Below the pieces are notes generated by a model, which searched no databases, was not told the DNA's origin, and saw only the letters and a list, made by a program, of their open reading frames with translations. Source: Podarcis gaigeae (taxonomy: Eukaryota). From it: 64,000 bases of DNA. Positions 38,025-50,399 of this stretch are shown one piece after another. A program made the translations under genes and the position numbers. The first letter of the stretch is position 1, and each line of letters begins with the position of its first letter. The stretch is from NCBI GenBank assembly GCA_964106915.2, contig OZ066925.1; one strand, 5' to 3'.

Positions 38025-38071
38025 TACTATTTTCTTTCCTGACTGTTTGTATCCCCTTAGACTTTCCAGAG

Positions 38072-38207
38072 CAGGCTTCCTCAAACTCAGCCCTACAGAT
38101 GTTTTTGGCCTACAACTCCCATGATCCCTAGCAAACAGGACCAGTGGTCAGGGATGGTGGGAATTGTAGTCTCAAAACATCTGAAGGGCCGAGTTTGAGG
38201 AAGCCTG
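38072..38207. mobile_element. Palindromic hAT-type MITE
   Basis: TIRs caggcttcctcaaactc / gagtttgaggaagcctg; near-TSD ttccagag / ctccagcg. Confidence 0.88.
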
Positions 38208-38919
38208 CTCCAGCGCGTCCTTTCTTGTGTTGTGTTGCCCTTCTTTTTTTTTTTTTTTTTTTGTAGAAATAAACTTCTAGGGAGCACCTATCTCAGAAGA
38301 TATTTCTACTAACTACTAAATGCCAGTATATAATGTGCGGGTGAATGTTAAACACACACACACAAATGCAAAACTCTGCAAAGATAAAGCCCAGGCAATT
38401 GACATGCAGTACAATCACGTATGTGTATGTGTTTACTCAGAAATAAGACTATCCTTAATGGGGCTTGCTCCCATGTAAGTTAAATTGGATATAGGATTGC
38501 AGTAAGACAGGCTGAAGCTGAACCTAACTGGGGAAGCAGAAAAACATGGCAGTCCAAGCATCTAGCCCCAGCCACTGCCAACACTACCAGGTGATGCCAG
38601 AAGCAGCATCTGTAGCCTGAGAACCATGACCACAGACCAACTTCTTATTCTGCCGCCTTCCAACATAGTCAGAGAACCCTTCCTGCAATCAACAAAGGAG
38701 CACTGCTCCTCATGGGTGCTGCCATCTTAACATGGCAGCTGAACACAGGCCATAGGAAGCAAAGGAAGCAGCTCTACCTGCTGGACCCTGGACAACCCCC
38801 CCCCCCCAATACAATGAAGGCTGAAATCACTACAGGAAAAAATCCAGCAGTGAAGTTCTCAGGGCCATAAACACCAGTGCTGTGAGGCTGGTTAGCGAAG
38901 GAGTTTGGGGGATTGCCTG

Positions 38920-39635
38920 GAATGCTGTCTTATGATGTACCTAGGGCCATGTTTGTCTTCGTGACTGAGAACCTGCACAACAAGACCTGCAGCAAGTCCA
39001 ACTGGCTGCCTTGCTGGAAGAGAAGGTATAGCAACTTGAGGCCGGCCTATCCACACTTTGTGCCATCGGGCAAGATGAGTACATTCTTGCTTGACCAGAG
39101 TGGACAGCCCTGGAGCAGAGACGCAGGTGGGGTGCCCCTTAGCAGGGAGGAAGATTGACCAATGTAGGAGACGAGCCCCTCAAGGAACATGACACAAAGA
39201 AGCAGGACTGTCAGGAGCCATTGTGTGTCTCTGGAGCTGCAAAATCGATTCCATGTCCTCACCTCAGACACTAATTCTTGGCCAGAGGAGCAAGAACAGC
39301 AATTGCAGACCTCAGAACACACCCAGGTGGCAGTGGAAGATACAGTGCACATAACAATTCCTGTCACTCCCCAGGGAAGGAAGAGATGTGTGATGGCGGC
39401 AGGCAATTCCCCTTGGAGGGGGGTGGAAGCAGCTGTTAGTGGAGGAATGACTCATGGTTTCAGTTGCCTTTATACTAATGCACAAAGTATGGGGAATAAG
39501 CAAGAAGAATTTGACCTCTTAATTCTGGGTGACATATATAAGCTAATAGGTATTACTGAAACCTTGTGAGATGAGACTAATGAATGGAATCTAGAAATTG
39601 AGGGCTATAACCTATTCAAAAGGAATAGACCAAAT
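38920..39635 (+). mobile_element. Degenerate CR1 LINE 5' portion (ORF1 remnants joined to start of ORF2 endonuclease)
   Basis: AMFVF...TCSK...LLEEKV and LELQNRFHVL (CR1 ORF1), then CLYTNAQSMGNKQEE...IGITET*...IEGYNLFKRNRP (CR1 APE N-terminus). Confidence 0.88.
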
Positions 39636-40682
39636 CTACGCATTCAATCTGAACTTTTGTGGCTCTTGTCTGCATTCTCTAAAATTGCAATGCTTCTAAT
39701 AAATTATTAAAATATAATCCTTCCTTCTTTCATTTTTCCACATAAAATGAGCGCAAGCAATTTCATATGCTGGCTGCTCTGGAGCCAACTGCATGCCGCT
39801 TGAAAGGAAGGTTAATCATATGATGTAGAGCATCTAATTCTTCAACAAAAGAGCAAGGTTTGCATTGTTTAAAGACGTTGGTCAAATCTTTTTACTCTCG
39901 CTGGATGAAAAACAGGACACACCTCAATCGCCACTTTCATCCTCCAAATCGAGCAATATACTGCCCTACACACAGCAAGGCACCGCAGTGCTGCCTACAA
40001 TCCCAGCACAATAGACTTTAGCTTTGCATTGCAGAAGCAGAAGTAATCTGATCAAAACCGCCCGCATGTCAAAGCTTTGGCATCTGGAAATGCGTGAACC
40101 GACAATGCACCATTTCAAAACGGGCACGCTGTCATATCTGCTGCTCGCTAAACTATGGGAAATGTTTGCAGAGAACAGAGGATTAGCTTTCCCTAGTAGA
40201 TTCCTTCTGTTCATCCACTGTTGAGCTCAATAATGCAAGCCGGCCGTGAAATCAATAGTTTCCTGCTTGCACCTTTTCTCTCTCCCTCTTTGAAAGCAAG
40301 GCACAATGGTGTTTATTAAAGAGGCTCAAGAGCTGCCGTCAAAATAAAGCCGACAGGACTTAGAGGCCATTGATCAAAAAGGACGTCAGACGCATCAGAG
40401 GCCCTAGAACAATCTAACACCACCTCTTGTTTCAATGGAATCCCCAAACCATAGCAGGTGAGGAAGGAGGGGATTCATCAACATTCAAAGAACTGGAGAA
40501 GGAACAATAATGAGAGCTGGGCAAGTGGCTAAGATCTTGGACAGGGACATTCTGTGTTCAGGTCTCACTTTGGCCATGAATCCACTCTCAGGGCCATGAA
40601 TCCACTCTCTCTCAGCCTCTGCTCCCCATCTGTGAAATGGTGAGAGTATCAGCAGTTGTTAGAGGTACTGAGATACTATATC

Positions 40683-41250
40683 GAGGATGGACAAATCTGT
40701 CCACTTTAGCTTCTCTCCATTTCTCTGTTTTTCCCCTCAGTTCCCCTGTTTCTGCAGCAATTTGTAAATTTCTTCTTAATTAAAAGGAAAGCCTCGTAAA
40801 AATGCAACATTTATTGTGCTTCTCCTAATATACACATTTTTGTATGCATTTCTGACTATAGGCACACTTTTGCAAGCCGTTCCCACTCATATACAAAAGT
40901 ATGTGTTTGTTATTTTCACTAACAGCTGCATCTTTATGCACACTTTCCCCTAATGCCTACAGTTTTGTTTTCTAAGTGGCGCAGCAATAAAACTGCTAGC
41001 ACATTTGCAAAGCTAAGCAGAGTCCAATATGGTTTCAAGTTGGATGGGAGACTGTGTGTTGATGGAAGGGGTTTGGACTAGATGACCCTTGGGGTCCATT
41101 CCAACTCCACATCTCTATGATTCAGTTGGAAAACTGCATTACAAAATTCAGAGGAGTGCAGTTTTCAACAAATAATAAGTGTTTCAGTTTGCATATTGGT
41201 GCAAGAAGTGCCAATCTTATTAAAATACAAACAAAATCATCCCTTTATTG
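40683..41250. mobile_element. Old non-autonomous DNA element interrupted by a SINE; reverse-orientation relative at 43695-44143
   Basis: ggatggacaaatctgtc is the inverse of gacagattcaccaatccct (44125-44142); shared ttattttcactaa / ttagtgaaaataa blocks. Confidence 0.55.
40992..41123 (+). mobile_element. 5S-rRNA-derived SINE with CR1-type tail
   Basis: aagctaagcagagtc...tggttt...ttggatgggagac matches the 5S internal control region (boxes A and C). It is followed by ttggactagatgacc...ggtccattccaactc...ctatgattc. A second copy lies at 60692-60830. Confidence 0.75.
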
Positions 41251-42265
41251 TATCCAACTTCATGTTCAATGGTCATTGAACACCCTACTGCATAGGAATG
41301 CAGCCATACAGTTTACCTGGAAGTAAGCACCACTTAGTTCTGAGGAGATTACTCCAAAGTAAGTGCACACAGGATTGCAGCCATGAAATCCAATCATATG
41401 AACATTTATTCATATGGTACCCATGTGTTCAATGGGGCTTCCTCTCAGGTAAACATCTGCAGCACTGCTGCCTTTCTTCCCTCATTCAATAATTCATTTT
41501 ACAAGAATTTGAGGCAGCTTATTTAAGACAGAATATAAAAATCAATAATATATTATATACAACAATCAGTAAAGCATCCTAGACAGACCTGTAAAGCATG
41601 ACAAGCTAATCTGTTAAGATTGAACAGCTTAAAGATTTATCTGCTTAATGATGAGTGAAAAACCACCATTTTTACATGGTCTCATTTGCTTTTGTCAGCA
41701 GCTCCCTCCCTCCCCACCCTGTGTGGCTCATAGCAACATGTCTACCGGGTAACAGCAGACACAGGCGACAGTGGAGTCATGAGTGAGATGAGAAACTACC
41801 TGGCTGCTTGCTCGAGCAGGGAGTGATGCTTGCCAGCTTACCCAACTAACACTACTTGGCCGGCTGCTGTGCAATTAACAGCAATTCCAAGTTGCTGAAA
41901 TCAGCAGGTGAGACCGTTCATTGACTGGAGGTGAACATTATCGCCTAGTGCCTTCACCTCAAACTAAGGCAGTAGAACAAGAGCTCGTTTAAAAACCTGG
42001 TAATTATGTAGAAAAATGCAAGGTTTCTCCTTTAGTATGAAGCTGTAATCTCACTGAAAAGGGTTCATGTCAAGGACCATGAAAACATACTTACAAAAAA
42101 GATGCAACACCCAGAGATAATTACGGCCTTAGCGTCTTCTTCTTTTTTTGGGGTGGGGGGGTGGGGAACATTAAAGCCCCGGGTTTCTGACAAGATGCAA
42201 CAGAAAATATAGGAGGACTAAAGGTGGACATGTTCCAAAAGCTTAAGCAGTTACGAAAGCATATA

Positions 42266-42459
42266 CAGTGGTACCTCGTGTTATGTACTGTCCACCTTAC
42301 GAATGCTGCTGGTTATGGGCTCCGCTAACCCGAAAGTAGATGCCCCTTGTTGCGACCTTTGTCCCAGGCTGCGAGTGGAAGTTGCCTAATGTTAGGAGCG
42401 GTTTCCTGTTACGAACGGACCTCCAGAATGGATTAAGTATGTAACACGAGGTACCACTG
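42266..42459 (+). mobile_element. Tigger/pogo-like MITE, related shorter family
   Basis: TA-cagtggtacctcgtgtta ... taacacgaggtaccactg-TA. Confidence 0.9.
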
Positions 42460-42599
42460 TATTCTAAAAACCAGTGAAAAGTGAATTGCAGAAGGCTGGG
42501 CAGTACTGACCCTAGAGGCCCAGACCCGTGTGCCAGGCATTCATGTACCAACTAAAACCTCTCCTGGAAAGAGATTGGCAGGATTATTCATTTCCCTAA

Positions 42600-43205
42600 T
42601 GCTAAACTGCAGATTAGACTACTACAATGTAATATATGTGGAGCTGCCTTTGGATACTACACCCAGAAATTTCAAGTAGACCAAACTACAGCTGCTACAA
42701 ACTGGGACCAAATCAGTGCAAACAACATCTCATTGGTTCTTAAACAGCATCACCGGTTGCCAGTCCATTTCCAAGCAAAACTGAATGTGTTGGTAATGTG
42801 ACTTTGGACCTAGATACTTAGAAGGACAATCTCCTTTTCTACAAACCTGCTGCCATATTAAGAACATCTTCAAAGTCTATCTTCTAGGCATCCCCACATC
42901 TGAGGCAAGCCAGCATCTACAAAAGAGCCTTCTCAGCTGTGGCATCCCAACACAGGAATACCCTCTCCAGGGAGACTGCCTACCATCTGCTTTTATGAGT
43001 TTTTAGCACCATCTGATGAAACCCTTTTTATTTTCCAAGTTCTTTTAAAACTCTGGCTTTACATACTTTGTTCTGCTGCCATGATTTGTATGAGTTTTAT
43101 CGTTCTGCTGCCTCTGTTGTTTTATGATCATCTGGTATCTTGGGAATTTTTTTTAAACTGAAGAGTGCATATCCACTTCTAGATAAATTTCAAAAATAAA
43201 TAAAT
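42600..43205 (+). mobile_element. Degenerate L2 LINE 3' region
   Basis: agattagactactacaatg...gagctgcctttg (RLDYCN-like), caccggttgccagtccatttcc (HWLPV-like), agagccttctcagctgtggc, and an aataaa-rich end. Confidence 0.7.
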
Positions 43206-43694
43206 AAGAGATCTACACTTCCCATCACCCCAACCTGGCACAGTGACAGAGCTACTATTTATTCCATATCTTCAGCTTGAAGGTCACTTTATTTGAAGTC
43301 TGAGCCAATCTTTTCATTGGTAGTCAGCTCGTTATTAATTTAACTATTAGCAGTTAGGGTCAATTTGCTGTTCTCTTTTCTGGCTTTATTTCAGTTTGAT
43401 GCATTTTATTTCCTGCCCCCCCTCCCAACTGCAGTTTGATTCCATTCAGATTCTACAGTGCATTTCTGGCTGCTTTTTCTCATATAGGAAAACTACATTT
43501 CTGTGCATAGGACCTACTTGATGATCAAAAGACTCAACTGAAGTCAAACTGTAACTAAGTAGTTTAGGTATAGACACTTACCAAGGAATAAGTTGCATTG
43601 AACTCAATGGTACTTACTTCTGAATAGGCTTGAATACAATGGCACTGTTTGTGAACTTGTATTCCTTAACTAGGAATGCTTTAGGGTGTATATC

Positions 43695-44143
43695 TAGGGA
43701 AGGGGTAGAAATTCTGTTCACTTCTCACTTAAAGGCAAATCTACCTAATTTGCACTTTCCCAAACCATATGCAAACTGGAATGCAGCCATCCCTCAAAAT
43801 TTGCACTTCTCTGAACTTTGCAGTGTAGTTCTCCAACCGAATAATTTGTACAAAAAAATAATCATATACTAGGGTGAAGAGTATGTAAAAATGCACACAT
43901 TAGTGAAAATAACATGCAAAAATGCATTATATTAAACTCTTTTGCAAAGATGTGATAGTGGGCAAAATTGCATACAAACTGTTTATATTAGGGGAAATTC
44001 TCTAAAATGCTGATGAGGTTTCATTAGGACATTTTAAAAAATAAATGAAGAGCAAACAAATGTGGAAATGTGGAGAGCTGAAATTAAGGGTAGAAAAATT
44101 AGAAACAGAGAGAAATCAAAACTGACAGATTCACCAATCCCTG
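43695..44143. mobile_element. Old non-autonomous DNA element
   Basis: Ends agggaagggg / ccaatccct; inverted homology to 40683-41250. Confidence 0.5.
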
Positions 44144-44929
44144 GTTCCAGCCCACTGGCTATGTTTGGGGACTAAGATTATATAACCAAGTCCTGGTCAA
44201 GCTGGAGAACATAACACGGTGGGTATACCCAAAGGACAAGGCTATACAAGACTTGGTTTAGCAGCAGCTCTTCCTACTACAAAAACAGAGGTGTTCCTAC
44301 TTAACCAGAGTTTGTCGCAGCCCTCTCAAGAGCAAGTATTTAGTTTTGGCCACTTCCAGACTGTCACTATTTCACAGGTGCTCTTGCACAACAAACCCAC
44401 TTCCCCCACAAAAATTGAACTTCTTGCAAAAAGGAAAGTGATCAGAAATATGCTGAAAAATGTGACATAACAATTGTTTTGATGCAGCACCATAAAACCT
44501 CTCCACCAACAAATCAGAATGAATGCTCAACAGCGGACATCATATAACTTCCTCACAAAGTTTGTGCAAACTAATCAGGATGAATGGTGGTCAAAAGTCA
44601 CCTGGAAATGACCTTTAGCTGCCTAGCATGATTTCTCTGTCTCTCTGCTGATGGGAGAGACTCAACAGTCAAAGGACACCAACCATGTTTCTTCAGCCAA
44701 GGGGAAAAGAGAAGAGCACTATGGCTTTCTAGTCCTGGATATATTTTTCATCTCCCCTCGTCTTTCTGCCACACCAGAGAGCACAAGTGTACCAAAGAAG
44801 AATGGTCCTCCCATTCATGGAAACTCAGGGGCTAAGGCTATACAATGAAAATCTGCTTCCACAATGAGAGTTCTGATTTCTCTTCTCCCTACTCCTTCCC
44901 CCTGCACAACTCCAAAATATGTTCTAGAG

Positions 44930-45062
44930 CAGTGTTTATCAAACTTGGGTCTCCAGCTGTTGTTGGACTACAACTCCCATCATCCTCAACCACTGGTCCT
45001 GCTAGCAAGGCATGAAGGGATTTGTGCAACAACAGCTGGAGACCCAAGTTTGAGAAACTCTG
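44930..45062. mobile_element. Palindromic hAT-type MITE
   Basis: cagtgtttatcaaacttgggtctccagctgttgttg / caacaacagctggagacccaagtttgagaaactctg; TSD ttctagag / ttctagaa. Confidence 0.9.
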
Positions 45063-48000
45063 TTCTAGAAGCTCTCCCAAGTCTCTGGAGATGATTTTGT
45101 GGGTGCACAGGGGCTGTGGCAGGAAAGAAAGGAGAGATAATCCCCTTCATCTTTGTAGTGGCCATTTGCTCTACGCTGGATTTCATCCAAGGCTTTGGAA
45201 AGGCTCCAGTAGTAGATCATGCTCCAGGTTCTCCCAGGTGAAATCCCTGATTCTTGCTGCCCCAATCCAACCCAGCCAAATGGTATCAGGCAGTATGGCT
45301 GGGAAAGACTCACTGGCCAAGACCCCGGGAATTCACTGGCAGCTGGAGATAGTGGGCCAGATGAACCAGCTACCCAACAGTACAAAACAGCATTACATAT
45401 TCATAGCTATGGCAGCTTGTAGTCTCAAGCAAAGGCACATATAGCATCGGGAGTTGTAGGCAGGCAAAGCATTTGTCACTCACTGGCTTACCCCCTAGAT
45501 GAGCAGCAAATTACACAGTTCCACCAGAGCAAGCAGCCGGAACACTTGGGGCGAAGGGGCAGCTCCCCAGCCGATTATAAGGAGGCTAGATAAGGCCACT
45601 TTTTATTGACTAAGAGTAGAAACTACAGAGTCTGCTTGTCTGTTACATGGGTAGCCTGTAGCAGAGATAGGAACCAAAGCTACCATCTCTTTTATTTACA
45701 GCATTTTACTAACTACCTTTCCAGAGACTGCTCAAAACCAGCTTCCCAAAGTCACTCACTGCAGAAAAGCCTCTCTTTTTCAATGTGTCTTGTTAACAGT
45801 TGCTGAAATGTGCGTGTGTGACTGCATACCTGCAGAAACTGTAATACTGAGAAATGCCATAAAGTCAAGGTATTGTAAAAGGTGAGAGTATGGAGGAAGG
45901 ATGGGGAGGAAATGCTGTTACGCCACCAAGCAAATATCGCTGTGCAACAGCCAGCAGTGCAGACATGTAAGATCACGCAGAGAGCAAGGAATAGACAAGG
46001 GCGGTGTAACCTGTCAGGATGCATTACGGGACGGGGGCGGCAGGCAAATAGAAGGTGAAAGCAAAGGCAACATGGCAAGACTCTGGGCACTGCGTAGAAA
46101 TGTCCAGAGGCCTCTGCGGCATGCAAAACAAGCAAGGCATGATTAGAAGCAGCTCCTGAAAGAGCTGGTGGATAGGAAGGAGTAAGCAAAGGGTGATTGA
46201 ACTCATAAAGCAGCAAGTAAGCAGAAGAGGCACCCCTCTTCTGGCACACAGCTCTAGCGATACAAAGCATAATGCTCACATCACCGCCTGTTTATCTTGC
46301 ACTTTCTTTTAGGAGAAGGGATGCAGTTCAGTGGTGGAGCATCCTCTTGGCATGCAAAAATGCCTAGGTTCAAAAATGCCTGGAATCTCCAGATAGGGCT
46401 GGGAAAGACTCCTTGAGAGACATTGCTAGTCAGTGTGGACAATACTGAGTGAGGTGGACTGAAGGTTTGTGCTGTTGTGTTTTGAGCGTCAGATCAAGCC
46501 AAACAAAATCTCACTGGGTTAGCAGAGCCCTCACAGGAGTCTAAGTAGCTCTTTGGATCCCAACCAATACAAACTGCATTGTTTTAAAGTCTTAAAAGTT
46601 TTATGTTGTGAACCACCCTGTGATCTTCAGATGAAGGGCAGTATGCTAATTAAATAAGTGAGTGAGTGAGTAAATAAAAACTCTTTTACAAACAAATTTC
46701 CATTCTCTTCTACTAAATGCTCATTATTGCTCAGCCAATGCCTTTCAGATAGATTTTTTTTAAAGCCACAGGAAAACACACTGTTCAGTGAACTTTCTAC
46801 TAAATCCCCTAGTAGGTGGGCATCAAGGCTCTTACTAACATCATATGTTTCTGTGGAAGGAAAAGGGAGAGAAATGCAACGTAATTCATGGGAAAGCAAG
46901 AGAACAGTCCAGGATTTGCTTTGGCAAACATAGATAAATGATCTAACAGGGTACCCACAATTGCAGACAGATGCAGGTTTACAGAGGGAGCCGTTTGCAT
47001 TTCACAATCCCCAGCAGAAGAGATATATGATTTCTTGTTATATGGCACTCTAACCAATTCCCCACTGCTGCCTCCGCTTGCAAATCTTAAGAAAACCAGA
47101 ATGACATAAGATACTTTGCTGGACCTTCAGGCTAAACCACTACTTCCACAGTAGAGCTGTAAACATATAGAAAACTCCCAGAGGCCACAAAAGCCCTGAC
47201 CCTAGCCCTGTTATTATGCATCATTATTCCTTCTCACTCTCAATTCCTGCTTCAATACAAAACAGGTTTTATAAGATTGTATGAGTATCCTCAGGAAATT
47301 ATACCCCTTGGAAAGTCAAGACACCACTTTTCTTGCAAGAAGAAGCAGGTGCTTGGCAATTAAAAAGGACACAAAAGACTCAAGAATTCTGAGATGACAT
47401 CCCAGCTGATAATTTAAGACAATGAGTCTTTTCATTCTTCTTCCAACAAATATTACATAACAGGAGGTGATAAGAAAAGGAATACAGTGAGGAGCAAATA
47501 TAAACTTTCCTTTTGATGCTCAAGTGGGAAGAGAGAAAGAAACTCCCAACTGCCAACTCCCAATAAATCTTCTTTACTGAGAAATGAATAATAAAGACTA
47601 ATAATTATTGTTTCAACGGGCCTTTCTTGCTAGCACTGAACAAAAATTACTCAAAGGGAATAATATTGTGAAAAAAACTATTTTCTTCGCATCTTATCAC
47701 CCAGTTCAAACACAGACACAGAATAATCCAAACCCCATATTGCTCTGGGCTGGGAAAGGGGGTTGAGTTGAGTTGTCCTTCTGGACCCTGCCTGCAGAAT
47801 CACAACTGCCCCACAAGAAGCTCCCTGTTCCACTGAATGTACAAGTGGCTGTAATGGAACTTTCCAAGGGAGGGTCTGTGCTGGCCTGGAGTCCACTGGA
47901 TCCTGGGCCAGTCTCACCACCATCACATGAGCTAGTACAGCGATTTGCCCACCATGGCATAACACCCCGGCCAGCACAAGCTGCAGAACTGGAGGTGAAG

Positions 48001-48293
48001 CAGTGTGTGCCCCCCCCACTGGAGTTTGGATGGCAGCTTTACAAAAGCAGGAACAGTGGGTTTAGATCTAGAATGCCGTAAGTGGGATTCTCCTCCAAGA
48101 ACGGAGTCAAATATAGGGTTAAATATTGAGCTGAGCCAAAACATAAAACTGAAGCTGGTTGTTATACCGTCTTCCTTAATTGCTATATTAATTAGCAATG
48201 CAGCATGCAGGAAGACTTGAAGATTCGAGGAAAGGGGAACATAGGAAAATGTCTTAACCGTAGTCAGATCTAACTAGTTCATCTAACAAAGTA

Positions 48294-48519
48294 CAGTGGT
48301 GCCTCGGGTTAAGTACTTAATTGCTTCCGGAGGGCTGTTCTTAACCTGAAACTGTTCTTAACTTGAAGCACCACTTTAGCTAATGGGGCCTCCTGCTGCT
48401 GCCGTGCCGCCGGAGCCCGATTTCTGTTCTTATCCTGAAGCAAAGTTCTTAACCTGAAGCACTATTTCTAGGTTAGCGGAGTGTGTAACCTGAAGCGTAT
48501 GTAACCCGAGGTACCACTG
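48294..48519 (-). mobile_element. Tigger/pogo-like MITE, family A
   Basis: TA-cagtggtgcctcgggtta ... taacccgaggtaccactg-TA. Confidence 0.92.
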
Positions 48520-48834
48520 TACTTGCTATTTTATTTCCTGTTTGTATCTCCTTAGATTCTCCATAGCAGGCTTACTCAAACTCAGCCCTCCAGATGTTTT
48601 TGACCTACTACTCCCAAGAACCCTAGCTAGCAGGACCAGTGGTGGCTTTAGAAAGGGAATAATTCCCATCCCTACCTGACTGGTCCTGGGACCTTCTGCA
48701 TGCAAGGCTCTACCACTGGCGTAAGGGGTGTGGCATACTGATAAAGCAAAGGTAAACATCACAGCTCTGGCATTAGAACAGAGAAAGATCATTTCCCCCC
48801 TTTAAACTAAATACTGTTACCTTTCCTCATAGGG

Positions 48835-49195
48835 GAGCTACTTCATTCCTCTTCTGAACCTTTTTCAACTCAACAGTATCCTTTTAGAAGTGTGGCACCC
48901 AGAACTATTCCCAGCATTCTAAATGCACCCACACCAAAGATTTGTTTAATGGCATTATGATACCAGCAGTTTTATTTTCCTTTCCTTTCCTAATGATCTT
49001 TAGCACTGGAATTTGCCCCCACACTGGTTCAACATCTTCATTAACATATCCACTACGACCACAAGGTCTCATTCCTGATAAGTCGCCACCACTTCAGGCC
49101 CTATGAGTGTATACATGGAATTAAGTTTGCTTGGTTTTGCCCCGAGATGCATCAATTTACACTTGTTTACAATGAACTGCATTTGCTGTTTTACC
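48835..49195 (-). mobile_element. Degenerate CR1 ORF2 fragment
   Basis: Minus strand caaatgcagttcattgtaaacaagtgtaaattgatgcatctcggggca (QMQFxVNKCKxMHLG) and a downstream F-W-x-P-H-F-like block. Confidence 0.8.
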
Positions 49196-49204
49196 ATCCA
49201 GCTA

Positions 49205-49550
49205 TGGGTGGCGCTGTGGTCTAAACCACAGAACCTAGGGCTTGCCGATCAGAAAGTCAGCAGTTCGAATCCCCACAACGGGGTGAGCTCCCATTGCTCT
49301 GTCCCAGCTCCTGCCCACCTAGTAGTTCGAAAGCACATCAAAGTGCAAGTAGATAAATAGGCACCGCTCCGACGGGAAGGTAAACAGCGTTTCTGTGCAC
49401 TGCTCTGGTTCACCAGAAGTGGCTTAGTCATGCTGGCCACATGACCCGGAAGCTGTCTGCAGATAAACGCCGGCTCCCTTGGCCTATAGAGCGAGATGAG
49501 CACGCAACCCCAGAGTTGTCCGTGGCGGTCAGCGGTACCTTACCTTTACC
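49205..49550 (+). mobile_element. Sauria SINE
   Basis: gggtggcgctgtggtctaaaccacag...gttcgaatcccc head, gtgcaagtagataaatagg body, taccttacctttacc tail. Confidence 0.92.
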
Positions 49551-50205
49551 TATGCCTGAGGAGTATCTAGAAAAATAGCATCTGATGCTTGTTGCCCCTG
49601 TTCAACAATACTAAGTAATACAAGACACACCTGTAATTGTTATATCTAGACCATAGTCTACCCACAAAGTATGAGTCAGCCCTTTATAAAGCCATGCTGA
49701 TTTACACCAACGGACAACCTGTGCCCCTGACTATGCTATTGCCTTCACAGGCAAAGCAATCTTAGAAGCTGAGAGGCAAATTACAACTTGCAGAATTAGA
49801 GGCAATATCCTGAAAATTCAGCTCCCATAAATTATGGCCTTAGCTTGAAAGAAACAAGCTACAATAATAATTATTCAGAGGAAGAATATTCAAATTAGTC
49901 TTCTTGCTGCTCAGCTGAGGCATGTGACAACAGTGCCTTTACACTTTATTTATTGAATGTGTCCCATTGTGAACAACTAAAGAAGAATAAGTATTGTAAA
50001 AAAAAAAAAAGGCAGAATAAATTCTAGCATTATATTGCATAAATGTAATGGCACTACTTATTAGAAGTGTGTTCCATGAACTTTTTAAACACAGCCATTA
50101 CTGGAGACTGTAGCATAGCCTTGTGCTTTCAAATTAATCATGTTTAAGTTTCCTGTGGAGTGGAGGGCTATGAATACAAATGGAGTAAACCCTTAATAAA
50201 ATTAC

Positions 50206-50395
50206 CAAGGAGCAGCCGTGCTAAGTCTTGTGTGGCAAAAACAACCAATAGTCTTGCGGCAACTTAAAGAGCAGAACAGATTTATTGGGACAGAGAAGCT
50301 TTCTGTGGACTTTGTCAGATACACAAAGGTGGGGCTCATGTGGCGATGAATCTGTTAGTCTCGTAAACTGGCACAAGTCTCAGGGTTGTGTTGTA
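50206..50395. mobile_element. Penelope-like element terminal-repeat remnant
   Basis: gcagccgtgctaagtc...gcaaaaacaac...gtcttgcggcaacttaaagag...agatttatt...aagctttc, then an inverted tgttagtctc...ggcacaag block. Confidence 0.55.
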
Positions 50396-50399
50396 TTTA

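Noticed and set aside
41010-41053. Possible 5S rRNA gene
   Set aside because: Only the internal control region matches and it is fused to a LINE-derived tail.
45752-46279. 175-aa minus-strand ORF
   Set aside because: Low-complexity L/C/H-rich translation of a pyrimidine-rich tract with no homology recognised.
47678-48220. ORFs of 84-113 aa on both strands
   Set aside because: No recognisable protein similarity or exon boundaries.
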